Shown: piece after piece, positions 20,653-29,718 of the stretch
Layout: every line of letters begins with the position of its first letter
Numbering within the stretch: position 1 is the first letter of the stretch
Source of the DNA: Candidatus Doudnabacteria bacterium
GTDB taxonomy: Bacteria > Patescibacteriota > Dojkabacteria > J137 > JAEUSD01
Reading direction: 5' to 3'
NCBI GenBank assembly: GCA_016788825.1
Contig: JAEUSD010000001.1
Span: 19,391 to 83,390, forward strand
DNA length: 64,000 nucleotides
Notes under the pieces: model-generated
Database searches by the model: none
What the model saw: only the letters and a program-made list of their open reading frames with translations
What the model was told of the DNA's origin: nothing
Made by a program: the position numbers and the translations under genes

Positions 20653-22026
20653 TTATTTATTCTTCGCCACAATTTTGACCTGCGCTAGCTCGTGGAAACC
20701 ATACTTGCCATGTTCACGTCCAAACCCAGAGTTTTTGTAACCCCCGAATGGGTTAAATGGCATGATGTAGTTAGTTCCATTCACACTCACCATTCCAGAC
20801 TGAATTGCTGATGAAACTCTCTCCGCTAATTCGCTGTCTGCGCTGAACACATAAGCGCCCAACCCGTAGGCAGTTTCGTTCGCTAGAGCGATGGCTTCCT
20901 CTTCTGTTTTGAAAGTCATAATCGGCAGCACTGGACCAAATACTTCCTCGGTCCACACACGCATATCTTTCTGCACATTTGTCAGAATAGTAGGAGCATA
21001 GAAGGCTCCACCAAGTTCTTTCTCCAAACTCTTACCTCCCACAACAACCTCTGCGCCATTGGCAACAGCGTCTTCTACTTGAGCAACTAGTAGGTCTAGC
21101 TGACGTTTGGCAACCAAGGGGCCAGTTTCAGTTGCCGCATCTTCAGCGTTTCCAACCTTTTTTACCTCAAACACTTCTTTTAATTTCTCTACCACCTTGT
21201 CGAAGATACTCTCGTGCACGATCAACCTCTTCAATCCGTCGCAACATTGTCCCTGATTTAATAGTCGATTGAAGCACACCGTACCTACCGCGACCTCCAA
21301 ATCTGCATCCGCAAACAGAACCCCTGGTGCGGAACCGCCCAACTCCATCACTGCTTTGATAAACTTTTCGCCTGCAAGCTTGTATAAGTACTTACCTGTC
21401 TTTGTGCTTCCGGTGAAGTTAATCAGATTAATATCTTCGTTTACTAATACATCACCAACCTTACCGTCGCCATAAACTTCGGCGAAAACATCTTTGGGTA
21501 AGTGCTTAGTCATCACTTCTTCGATAAATTTACCGCTTAGTGGACACTCTTCAGAATGCTTCAATACAACTGCGTTTCCCACAAGTAAGTTCTGAATGCT
21601 TGCCCACACGAAGTTTGCAAAAGGAAAGTTCCAAGGGATTACCACTGCTGCGACGCCGATGGGTTCAAAGAATACTTGGTGCAATTCGGCGTCGCTCTCG
21701 AAAGTCGTTTCCGGAGCTAAGTACTTTTCAGCATTATCCAGGTACCACGAGAAATAACTGGCACTTCCGTCTACATCACTCAACGCTTCTGTGATAGGCA
21801 TACCCATTTCCTTGGCTTGTATCGCTGCTAGCTCTTCTTTGCGAGAAACAAATTCGTCCAAAGCGCTACGTAAGTGTTCGATTCTTTTGGCTAAACCTAT
21901 ATCTCTCCAGGCGACCCGCGCAACGTGTGACTTGGCTACCTTATCTTTAATTTCCTGTGGTGTAGATACTTCAACTTCATCAATAACTTCGTAATTTGAG
22001 GGGTTTATGGACTGTATTTTGGCCAT
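20653..22026 (-). CDS. NAD(P)-dependent aldehyde dehydrogenase
   Basis: 457 aa. ALDH glutamate active-site region ELGGSAPGVLFADADL and the catalytic Cys region FNRLLNQGQCC. Rossmann GxxxxG regions are present. Confidence 0.9.
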   Translation of the reverse strand: MAKIQSINPSNYEVIDEVEVSTPQEIKDKVAKSHVARVAWRDIGLAKRIEHLRSALDEFVSRKEELAAIQAKEMGMPITEALSDVDGSASYFSWYLDNAEKYLAPETTFESDAELHQVFFEPIGVAAVVIPWNFPFANFVWASIQNLLVGNAVVLKHSEECPLSGKFIEEVMTKHLPKDVFAEVYGDGKVGDVLVNEDINLINFTGSTKTGKYLYKLAGEKFIKAVMELGGSAPGVLFADADLEVAVGTVCFNRLLNQGQCCDGLKRLIVHESIFDKVVEKLKEVFEVKKVGNAEDAATETGPLVAKRQLDLLVAQVEDAVANGAEVVVGGKSLEKELGGAFYAPTILTNVQKDMRVWTEEVFGPVLPIMTFKTEEEAIALANETAYGLGAYVFSADSELAERVSSAIQSGMVSVNGTNYIMPFNPFGGYKNSGFGREHGKYGFHELAQVKIVAKNK

Positions 22027-22144
22027 TTAGGTTTCGAGAATAATAGTAGCCAATGTTAACAAACTTTCTAGGGATGTCTAGACTATTCTGGTTTCTTCCT
22101 GGTTTAGAATATTTTACTGTGTTTGCACAGAGTACAGGGGGGGG

Positions 22145-23113
22145 TTAACTCTCTAACTGACTTATCGACTTGAAGTAGTTTTCTAGTTCTTCTCTTACAT
22201 CCTTTGCTATCTCAGAGCCAAAACTACTAAGGACAAGCTCTACCAAGAAACCCTGGAAAAGTTTATCATTAGTTACATTCTTCTTAGCTCTAAGATACCT
22301 CACAGCCACCCTCCCTTCTCTACTAAGTCTATCTCCAATATTCCTTAGAAACTTATTTCTATTTAGCCCTCTCCAATTTAGAAGGGCAATTAAATCGTTA
22401 ATCCGACTACTTGCTTTCTGAGCTTCCTTGCTCTTAAAGGAGTTTGCTAAGTCCTTTATCAGATCATCCCAAGAGAAATTTTGCATAAGTTTTGTTAAGT
22501 ATCCACCATCATCACCCTCTGGGGCTGTCACTTCAGCTTCCCCCGAAATGGACAAGGTCGCCAACCTCTTAAAAAAGGGACTTGGTACATAATAACCCCC
22601 ATTTTCTATACACAGGATAACGACTAACTTAGACCTCCATTTCTGTAAGTACCTAAGCATCCCCACGTCTTTGTCTTCATTAGCTGCCAGTACTACACCA
22701 TAATCAGTTTTTAACTGAAGTGCTGAAAGTCCCATCTCTAGTGCATCAATCTCTACTTGAAAAGTCTGAGATAGTCTTACTATAAAATCATTCTTTAATG
22801 CTTTCAGATTAATTTCTCCAAACTCAGGGGGAATTGGAGTACTGTTAGTTACAAACCTAACAACTTCCTGCACCAAAAGTAACTTCTGGGCAATGTTTAG
22901 TAAATTAAACAATTGTCCTCCTAGCTCAATGTCATCGAATTCTATTTGTGTGGCTACTGCGTTCCTTTCCTCCTGCGGAACATCAATAACGGAACTAATT
23001 GAGTCCTGCCATTGCTGGAGGATTTCTCCTGAGACATATTCAAGTAAAGCAATGGCCTGTCTAGCCTGTTCATTTGAGAATACGTAAACATCCAGATTAA
23101 TAATATTTTTCAT
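22145..23113 (-). CDS. hypothetical protein (AT-rich, lineage-specific)
   Basis: 322 aa ORF in a distinctly AT-rich segment between the ALDH gene and tRNA-Ser. No recognisable domain. Confidence 0.55.
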   Translation of the reverse strand: MKNIINLDVYVFSNEQARQAIALLEYVSGEILQQWQDSISSVIDVPQEERNAVATQIEFDDIELGGQLFNLLNIAQKLLLVQEVVRFVTNSTPIPPEFGEINLKALKNDFIVRLSQTFQVEIDALEMGLSALQLKTDYGVVLAANEDKDVGMLRYLQKWRSKLVVILCIENGGYYVPSPFFKRLATLSISGEAEVTAPEGDDGGYLTKLMQNFSWDDLIKDLANSFKSKEAQKASSRINDLIALLNWRGLNRNKFLRNIGDRLSREGRVAVRYLRAKKNVTNDKLFQGFLVELVLSSFGSEIAKDVREELENYFKSISQLES

Positions 23114-23160
23114 GTCTGGATATTACCATTATATTACTATAACTGAACAGTACACATGAT

Positions 23161-23364
23161 TCAAGAAAATAGTTGGGGAAGTTTCATAGGAAGTTGGCCT
23201 ACATGAGCCAGTAGGTTCTCATGTTCTCCGGGGTGAAATGGATCTAGGGTCGCGCGGTTAGTAGTTCCATACGCTTTCGTAAGGTCCACCAAGCCGTCTA
23301 TTATTTTGTCTAGTTCTCCTTTATTTATACCCACCATCGACTTCAATAATACTTCCGTTGACAA
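23161..23364 (-). CDS. small hypothetical protein
   Basis: 67 aa ORF immediately upstream of the 322-aa ORF on the same strand. It may be spurious. Confidence 0.25.
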   Translation of the reverse strand: MSTEVLLKSMVGINKGELDKIIDGLVDLTKAYGTTNRATLDPFHPGEHENLLAHVGQLPMKLPQLFS

Positions 23365-23474
23365 AACTGGCTATCAATAAAAAGGTCTTCTATTCCAAAC
23401 CAATTCTAAGCTCTGCCTGCCTGTTAGGAAAGGCATCGCTGTCAAAATATTATTATTTATCTTTGAAAGACCTT

Positions 23475-23562
23475 CGGAGAGGGGGAGATTCGAACTCCCG
23501 CTGGGTTTTACCCCACTAACTCGTTAGCAATGAGTCCCCTTGAGCCTCTTGGGTACCTCTCC
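23475..23562 (-). tRNA. tRNA-Ser (anticodon GCT), class II with long variable arm
   Basis: The reverse complement folds as GGAGAGG-TA-CCC..GGG-(ACTCA)TTGCTAA(CGAGT)-long variable arm-GGGAG TTCGAAT CTCCC-CCTCTCC-G. It closely parallels E. coli tRNA-Ser(GCU). Discriminator G. There is an A31-C39 mismatch in the anticodon stem. Confidence 0.85.
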
Positions 23563-23651
23563 AATAAAATTTCGCAAAATTTGTATTGCAATACATTGTT
23601 GGCGAAACGGACAAATTATAACATCAGTGCATAATTTAAGTCTCTCAAAAT

Positions 23652-24314
23652 ATGCATACAATCTTTATCCTTACTGACAATCTCCGTTTCGCCCTACAAC
23701 TGAGACGGGAACTGCAAAGGTTTAAATTATCACTTCACATACTGCTCGATCCCACCCGCTGTGACAAACCATTACAGAAGTCCCCCAAAGCTACGCTGGT
23801 TGTAAACATGGAAAAATCCTTCGCACATAGTCAAATTGTTTGCCGACAGCTGCACAAGAAATTTCCTTTGATGGCAAAAGCTATAGTTATGGGAAAGTAC
23901 AATAGTTTCCAATATATAGAATCGGGTAAATGCGGCGCTGATGAGTACTTCAGTTCAGATTTAGCCATTGAAGATGTCTGCAATCGATTGGTCAAACTAG
24001 CGTCACGGCCACCAGTTCGTCCTGAACGAGAGATAGTCCTGAGTGAATACACCATAAACACAGAAGGTGGGACTGTACATTACGCAGGGAAACCCTTGCA
24101 CTTGCGCCCCAGAGAATTTGAGATCCTGAAGTTACTGGCTGAAAACCATGGAAAAGTCGTATCTCGCGAGAAGATAGAGGCCAACCTCGAAGGCGGGCGG
24201 CGCACAAGTATTCACGCGCACATTTGCAATGTGCGCAAGAAATTAAGCAGCTGCGCCGCCCGCAACATTATTCAGACGATCCACGGCGTGGGGTACATGA
24301 TCCGAGTTGACTGA
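23652..24314 (+). CDS. OmpR/PhoB-type winged-helix transcriptional regulator with atypical (probably non-phosphorylatable) receiver domain
   Basis: 220 aa. The C-terminal trans_reg_C pattern is LRPREFEILKLLAENHGKVVSREKI...TIHGVGYMI. In the N-terminal receiver-like fold, the expected phospho-acceptor Asp position reads N (TLVVNMEK). Confidence 0.65.
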   Translation: MHTIFILTDNLRFALQLRRELQRFKLSLHILLDPTRCDKPLQKSPKATLVVNMEKSFAHSQIVCRQLHKKFPLMAKAIVMGKYNSFQYIESGKCGADEYFSSDLAIEDVCNRLVKLASRPPVRPEREIVLSEYTINTEGGTVHYAGKPLHLRPREFEILKLLAENHGKVVSREKIEANLEGGRRTSIHAHICNVRKKLSSCAARNIIQTIHGVGYMIRVD

Positions 24315-24335
24315 TGGAGCTCGCAAAGCTTCCGC

Positions 24336-25304
24336 TTGGCAAGATGCTATATAATGTCAGAAATGCCGACGCAAAGAACATCACTCGGAGACTTACTTCG
24401 CCGAGAACGCGAAAAACAACAACTAACGACAGCCCAAGTGGCGAAGAAAACTTTTATTCGAGCTGAAGCTATCGAAGCTCTGGAGGCTGGGAATTATGAG
24501 TTCTTTGGTTCACCAGTGTATGTAAACGGGATAATGAAGTCGTACGCTACGTTTCTGCGGGCGGATTTGGACAAAGTAGCTGCTCTGTACCGCAGAGATA
24601 CAGCCACAGCCAAAAAAGCAGCCATCCAAGAGACCAAATCTGCCCCCAAGACATTTATCCCAACTTCTTTCATCTACAGTCGCAAAGGACTCACTGCCAT
24701 TGGTCTGGGACTGCTGCTAGTTATTGGAGCAGCTTTCATACTCAACCAGGTTCAGGCACTACTTACCCCGCCTCAACTGACAATTACCGTGCCGCAAGAG
24801 CTCGCCGCAGACTACACGGGGGAACTTCTCATCTCCGGAAATAGCTTTCAGCTGAAGGGAAGAACATCCCCACGCACAGTTGTACGCTTTGGCGGTGAGG
24901 TGTTGGAAGTAGATTTGGACAATACATTTGCCACACCGGAGATACCGTTAGCCGGAGATGAATTCTTGGCAACGCTCACCGCCACAAACCAGCTGGGTCG
25001 TACCGCTACGATCAACTTGACTATCCGCAAAGCCGGCAGCAGTGTAATAAAAGTGGATAAACTCTCTGCACTTATCGAAGTCAGAGATGCCACCACGCAG
25101 GTGCTCATCCGAACAGATGGCAAGATCCAATTTGATGATAGATTGCTACCTTCGGAGGTGATCAGCGTGGAAGCGACCACTCGGATCCAGATCGAAACTG
25201 CGGATCCTCAGCGCCTGAGGATCCGCATAAATGGCACCGACTACACGACCTCTGCCCTTTCTACATCGTGGGAAATCGTGGAAGGGAGTGTGGTTCAAAA
25301 ATAG
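24336..25304 (+). CDS. rodZ: RodZ-like cytoskeleton/morphogenesis protein (HTH + TM + C-terminal domain)
   Basis: 322 aa. N-terminal XRE-type HTH (LGDLLRREREKQQLTTAQVAKKT...) is followed by the RodZ-typical GSPVYVNGIMKSYATFL segment, a single TM helix (AIGLGLLLVIGAAFIL) and an extracytoplasmic C-terminal domain. Confidence 0.6.
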   Translation: MARCYIMSEMPTQRTSLGDLLRREREKQQLTTAQVAKKTFIRAEAIEALEAGNYEFFGSPVYVNGIMKSYATFLRADLDKVAALYRRDTATAKKAAIQETKSAPKTFIPTSFIYSRKGLTAIGLGLLLVIGAAFILNQVQALLTPPQLTITVPQELAADYTGELLISGNSFQLKGRTSPRTVVRFGGEVLEVDLDNTFATPEIPLAGDEFLATLTATNQLGRTATINLTIRKAGSSVIKVDKLSALIEVRDATTQVLIRTDGKIQFDDRLLPSEVISVEATTRIQIETADPQRLRIRINGTDYTTSALSTSWEIVEGSVVQK

Positions 25305-25532
25305 CCAAATCTACATTCTTGGTAGATGACTTCTCTCTTTACATTTCCATTGACCACCTAGGTACCTACTGTTATGATCTTTATAACTTCCTGAACAGAA
25401 AGTTGGCTCGGAGTCCAGAAAATGTACGCGAACCTCAGATGAAAGAGCCATCTGGAAGTAAATACTCTGCTTGAGCCAAACCCGGGTTTGCATCAGAGTT
25501 TCCAAAAAACGAAACATGTCTAAAAGAGTCCC

Positions 25533-25553
25533 GCACAGCGGGAAACGAAGGTG
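25533..25553 (+). promoter_or_regulatory. T-box-like antiterminator core (GAAGGTGGCACCAC) in the serS leader
   Basis: Sequence AACGAAGGTGGCACCACTCTG contains GGUGGCACC. This matches the T-box consensus core GGGUGGNACC, with N=C complementary to the G73 discriminator of tRNA-Ser. It lies about 10 nt upstream of a strong terminator hairpin and about 100 nt upstream of the serS ATG. Confidence 0.35.
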
Positions 25554-25562
25554 GCACCACTC

Positions 25563-25627
25563 TGCCTAGCTTAGAGTCCTTGTGTATATTAAGTATAGTC
25601 GTACTTGGTATACATGAGGACTTTTTT
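25563..25627 (+). terminator. Rho-independent terminator/attenuator hairpin immediately upstream of serS
   Basis: A 14-bp stem AGTCCTTGTGTATA...TATACATGAGGACT (two G-U pairs) is followed by TTTTTTGTTTT. The serS start codon is only ~25 nt downstream. Confidence 0.6.
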
Positions 25628-25651
25628 GTTTTAATTATTACTTAAGAGATA

Positions 25652-26914
25652 ATGCTAAACCCCGAAATCATTCGTAAAAATCCTGACATGGTGCGCAAAA
25701 ACACAGCGGAACGTAATATGGACCCAGCCCTGGTCGATGCCTGGCTACAGAAAGATGCAGAGCGCAAAAAGACCCTGGCCGATGTTGAAGACTTGAATCG
25801 TAAGAAAAATGAGTTGGCAAACATGGGGAAACAGGGAGTGGATGTGGAGACGATTCGCGCACAAGGAAAAGAAGTGAAGGAGGCAAGTGTAAAGCTAGAA
25901 GAGAGCCTGAAAACTGTGGAGGAGGAATGGTTGACATTGATTAACCAGATTCCGAACTTGCATCTGCCTGATGTAAAGATTGGCAAAACTGATACCGAGA
26001 ATGAAGTGGCTCGTGAAGTTGGTGAAAAACCAAAATTTGATTTTGAACCAAAGGACCACTTCACTTTGGGAACTGAATTGGGACTTTTGGACTTTGAGTC
26101 TGGCGCGAAGGTTGCTGGCTCTCAATTCTATTTCCTCAAAGGTGATGCTGTACTTTTGGAGTTTGCACTGATTCAGTTTGGGCTGGAAATTTTGCAGAGC
26201 AAAGGTTTCCAACTAGTTTCAACTCCTGATCTAGCGAAATCTCGTTACTACCTCGGGACAGGCTACGCTCCACGTGGCGATGAGGCGCAGATATATGAGA
26301 TCGAAGGTGAGGACCTGGGCCTCATCGCCACGGCTGAGGTGACTATGGCTGGAATGCACGCTGACGAAGTTCTAAACCTTGAACAGTTGCCACTCAAGTA
26401 TGCAGCGATTTCACATTGTTTCCGTAAAGAAGCCGGTGCCTACGGGAAGTATTCAAAAGGTTTGTACCGTGTGCATCAGTTTACAAAGTTGGAAATGTTT
26501 GTGTACTGCGAACCTGGCCAGTCTGAAGCGATCCACCAAGAGCTTTTGGCTGTTGAAGAAGAGATCGCACAGCAGTTAGGCATCCCTTACCGAGTTTTGA
26601 ATATGTGCTCAGGCGACCTGGGAGCCAGCGCCGCAAAGAAATACGACTTGGAAGCTTGGCTCCCAGGTCGCAACGACTACGGCGAAATCACATCGACTTC
26701 AAACTGCACCGATTTCCAAGCTCGCAACCTAAATATCAAGTACCGCAATGAAGAGGGCAAGAATGATTTCGCCCACATGCTCAACGGTACTGCGATCGTA
26801 ATGTCTCGTTTCCCGATTGCTATCATGGAGAACTACCAGCAAGCCGACGGCACGATCAAAATCCCTGAAGTGCTACGTAAATACTTTGGGAATAGGGAAT
26901 TTATTGGGAAATAG
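25652..26914 (+). CDS. serS: seryl-tRNA synthetase
   Basis: 420 aa. N-terminal coiled-coil tRNA-binding arm. Class II motifs are present (motif 2 FRKEAGAYGKYSKGLYRVHQF, motif 3 region GTAIVMSRFPIAIMENY). Confidence 0.95.
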   Translation: MLNPEIIRKNPDMVRKNTAERNMDPALVDAWLQKDAERKKTLADVEDLNRKKNELANMGKQGVDVETIRAQGKEVKEASVKLEESLKTVEEEWLTLINQIPNLHLPDVKIGKTDTENEVAREVGEKPKFDFEPKDHFTLGTELGLLDFESGAKVAGSQFYFLKGDAVLLEFALIQFGLEILQSKGFQLVSTPDLAKSRYYLGTGYAPRGDEAQIYEIEGEDLGLIATAEVTMAGMHADEVLNLEQLPLKYAAISHCFRKEAGAYGKYSKGLYRVHQFTKLEMFVYCEPGQSEAIHQELLAVEEEIAQQLGIPYRVLNMCSGDLGASAAKKYDLEAWLPGRNDYGEITSTSNCTDFQARNLNIKYRNEEGKNDFAHMLNGTAIVMSRFPIAIMENYQQADGTIKIPEVLRKYFGNREFIGK

Positions 26915-27009
26915 GTTAGGCAAGTTTACAGCTGGTTATATCGGAGTTAAAATCCAGCGCAGGCGGAAGGATACAATTAGTCATACACTTTACGTCTTCA
27001 AACCTTAAT

Positions 27010-29676
27010 TTACTCCAGTATCATTCCCTTCACAATCCCTCCCCACTCTACAAGCGTGAACCCTATGCGTTCAGGAGCCTGATAATCGCTTCCCCATTGC
27101 ACCATATCTGGTAATGAGCTTACAGGAATTGGATTCAGCAAAACCCTAATTGCTGTTTCAGGTGTGGGTGAAACAGCTAACGGGATCACTTTATCGATAG
27201 ACTGGGCATCAAAGAATTGCATCACGTAGAAAGGCGCTTCTTCGAGTTGCGGCAACCAATACTGCATAAAATCTGCACTCTCTGTTGCATTTAACCCCAA
27301 CCGATTAAGAGTTTGTGTTAAGTAATTACTCATATCTTGTTTCGCAACGACTTGTTGTATCACAGGGCTGGTCGGTAATGGTGCGTTAGCCTCCCAGAAT
27401 AGGTATCTATGCTTTTTCTGAGTCATCAAGTCCATAAGAGTGCCATTTGGATTTGCCAAGACATTCCAAACACCACTGTACTTAGGCTCAACTCTTACAA
27501 TATCAAGGTCTCTAGGCAAACTAACACTAACTTCTGTAGGAGTTGTCGGATAAAGGTAGATCACAGGCTCCGCATAGCATGTTGGTGATACCATATCTTC
27601 TCGAAATACTGCACGCCAAATTCCTAATGTGTCTTTCCATAACAAGACTGGTTCATACTCTAAGTAAGTCTCATAATCAACCGCCGCAACTGATTTGGTC
27701 ACTATCTTTCTATTATCATAGAAAATCTTAAATAAAGGCCATGATTTGTCGGTCACTATATATATTTCATCCCCTTGGTCCGTTGTGGCAGCTAATTGAA
27801 CCCCAGATCCCAAATCCAATTCAGCCTGTTTAAGCTCTTCGGAAATATCTAGTAAAAGCTTACTGTTAGGTGTAACGGCGCCATTCAACCCCATTCCCTG
27901 TGTATTCAAAAAGTTACACCCAATAGGATCTCCTATGTATTGAATGGTATTGGTATTGAAGAGTTGATAGCCAGCATCTGCAACATCTGGAAAATCTTCT
28001 AACACCTTTGAAGCAGTCCAAACAAGGTCCCTTGATGTGTAGGAATAATAAGCCTCTTTTGCCGTATCTTCATAGTAAACGAATGGCTGATTGAAACCAG
28101 ATTTTCCTAATTCACTTCTAAGTCCTGCGACAGTTCTAATTGAAACCTTTGAATCAACAGCATCCACCACCGAAAGTTTTGAACTTTTAGGATCTCGGTT
28201 TGAATAAAACTGAGATCCTGACCCTAAAGTATCTAGCAAGTACAATTCAGCCAAAGATTCACTTGTAAATAATTCTCTTCCTACCGTGCTGTTTACAATA
28301 AGCTCTTTCCCCTTATAGTCAATTTCTCGGTTATTAATTGAATCAACGATATCCAGATCCAAAGCGGCATCAAAAGTAATTCCAACTTCGGGCATTGATT
28401 TAACCTCACTAATAAAGCTATCTGGAGCTGTATAAGACAATATCCGAGGTTCCTGTCGTAGAATGTTCACGTTATCGTAATCCCTACCCAAAACATACTT
28501 GTTATCTCCTAGATCAATAAACAGTGTTGCAAAAGTAACCCCTAGCTTAATATCGGCCTCAGTTGGAAGACCTTTCACAACATCACCATAGGGCATTTCG
28601 CTACTTAAGGCTAAATAGACATTTTTACCAGGATATATAGTCTTCATTTGACCTACAAGATAGTATTTTGTCGTAGCGGCAAAAGACTTAGTGTATATCT
28701 GATAATCAGGTTTCGTGACTCCGTTAACAGTAATATAACAATCCTGACCTGTTTTACAGTACTCCATCTGGAAAGGGAAGTATTGGTCTATCAAGGTCAT
28801 CAACGTAGGGCCAACCTCTTCTTTGATATCTAAATACCATATGGCTTGATCTGTTTCTATGACGCGGGTTTCGGGCGTAGTAGTTGTACTCTCTGTTGAC
28901 GAGCTTTGTTCCGGAATAATTTCGGTAGAAGTCCCCGTTTTCCCATAGGTCAAGAAGAATAAGATTAAACCTATAACCACGACTGGCAGAGCCAAAAGTG
29001 AAACCTTCGCACCTACCGGAAGAGCCTTAAACTTTGTCGTCATTTTTTGCCACATATTAGTTTGAGGTTGAAAATTAATACTCTGTTGCACCGAACTTAC
29101 TAATGTCGAAGAAGGCACAAACTCTGGTGCGGATACAATTTCAGGAATTGCCAAAAGCAGGAGCGGAATCGTAAGAACACGCATCTTCATTTGTTTCTTG
29201 GCCATCTGTTCAAGTCCACGGTAGTATTTTGCTTTTACGGTGCTTTCGGTGGTTTCCAAAAGCTCAGCAATCTCCGTAAATTTCATATCTTCCCAAATCT
29301 TGAGGATAATGATTTCTTTGGTGACTTCATCCAACTTATTCAGTTCGGACTTCACCTGCTCGAGTAGAGCACCGTCAATTACAGCATTTTCAACAGGAGG
29401 AAAGTCGGAAACAGTCTGTTCTTCATCTTCAAGCGGTTCAATCTGGGGTTTATTACGGAATTTTTTATAAATTAGGTTTCTGGCGGCACCAATTAGCCAT
29501 GCGTGTGGGTTATCAACTTTAGAATAATTTTGCACGAGACTTAAGAAAACTTCGCTGACAATATCTTCAGCATCGGCCTTATTTCCCAACTTGGAAAATG
29601 AGTAGCGGTAGACGTTTGGCAAATATTCTTCGTAAACTTTTGGTATTTGTGAGTGTTGCATACCTAGTAGTACCAT
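27010..29676 (-). CDS. ECF-type sigma-70 factor fused through a TM helix to a ~650-aa extracytoplasmic domain
   Basis: 888 aa. N-terminal sigma region 2 (VYRYSFSKLGNKADAEDIVSEVFLSLV) and region 4 HTH (EIIILKIWEDMKFTEIAELLETTESTVKAKYYRGL). Then a hydrophobic TM segment (RVLTIPLLLLAIPEIV) and a long non-cytoplasmic domain with no recognisable fold. Confidence 0.75.
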   Translation of the reverse strand: MVLLGMQHSQIPKVYEEYLPNVYRYSFSKLGNKADAEDIVSEVFLSLVQNYSKVDNPHAWLIGAARNLIYKKFRNKPQIEPLEDEEQTVSDFPPVENAVIDGALLEQVKSELNKLDEVTKEIIILKIWEDMKFTEIAELLETTESTVKAKYYRGLEQMAKKQMKMRVLTIPLLLLAIPEIVSAPEFVPSSTLVSSVQQSINFQPQTNMWQKMTTKFKALPVGAKVSLLALPVVVIGLILFFLTYGKTGTSTEIIPEQSSSTESTTTTPETRVIETDQAIWYLDIKEEVGPTLMTLIDQYFPFQMEYCKTGQDCYITVNGVTKPDYQIYTKSFAATTKYYLVGQMKTIYPGKNVYLALSSEMPYGDVVKGLPTEADIKLGVTFATLFIDLGDNKYVLGRDYDNVNILRQEPRILSYTAPDSFISEVKSMPEVGITFDAALDLDIVDSINNREIDYKGKELIVNSTVGRELFTSESLAELYLLDTLGSGSQFYSNRDPKSSKLSVVDAVDSKVSIRTVAGLRSELGKSGFNQPFVYYEDTAKEAYYSYTSRDLVWTASKVLEDFPDVADAGYQLFNTNTIQYIGDPIGCNFLNTQGMGLNGAVTPNSKLLLDISEELKQAELDLGSGVQLAATTDQGDEIYIVTDKSWPLFKIFYDNRKIVTKSVAAVDYETYLEYEPVLLWKDTLGIWRAVFREDMVSPTCYAEPVIYLYPTTPTEVSVSLPRDLDIVRVEPKYSGVWNVLANPNGTLMDLMTQKKHRYLFWEANAPLPTSPVIQQVVAKQDMSNYLTQTLNRLGLNATESADFMQYWLPQLEEAPFYVMQFFDAQSIDKVIPLAVSPTPETAIRVLLNPIPVSSLPDMVQWGSDYQAPERIGFTLVEWGGIVKGMILE

Positions 29677-29718
29677 TCTGACGGAAAAAGTTGCAGAATT
29701 GTAGTGGTAAAATCACGC

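Noticed and set aside
22027-23651. Prophage or integrative-element call for the tRNA-Ser(GCT)-adjacent AT-rich segment
   Set aside because: I could find no integrase or recombinase, no phage structural genes, and no duplicated tRNA 3' end. It is kept only as a low-confidence possible small island in the findings.
26915-27009. Possible intrinsic terminator between convergent serS and the sigma-fusion gene
   Set aside because: No stable GC-rich hairpin followed by a T-tract is visible on either strand in this 95-bp gap.
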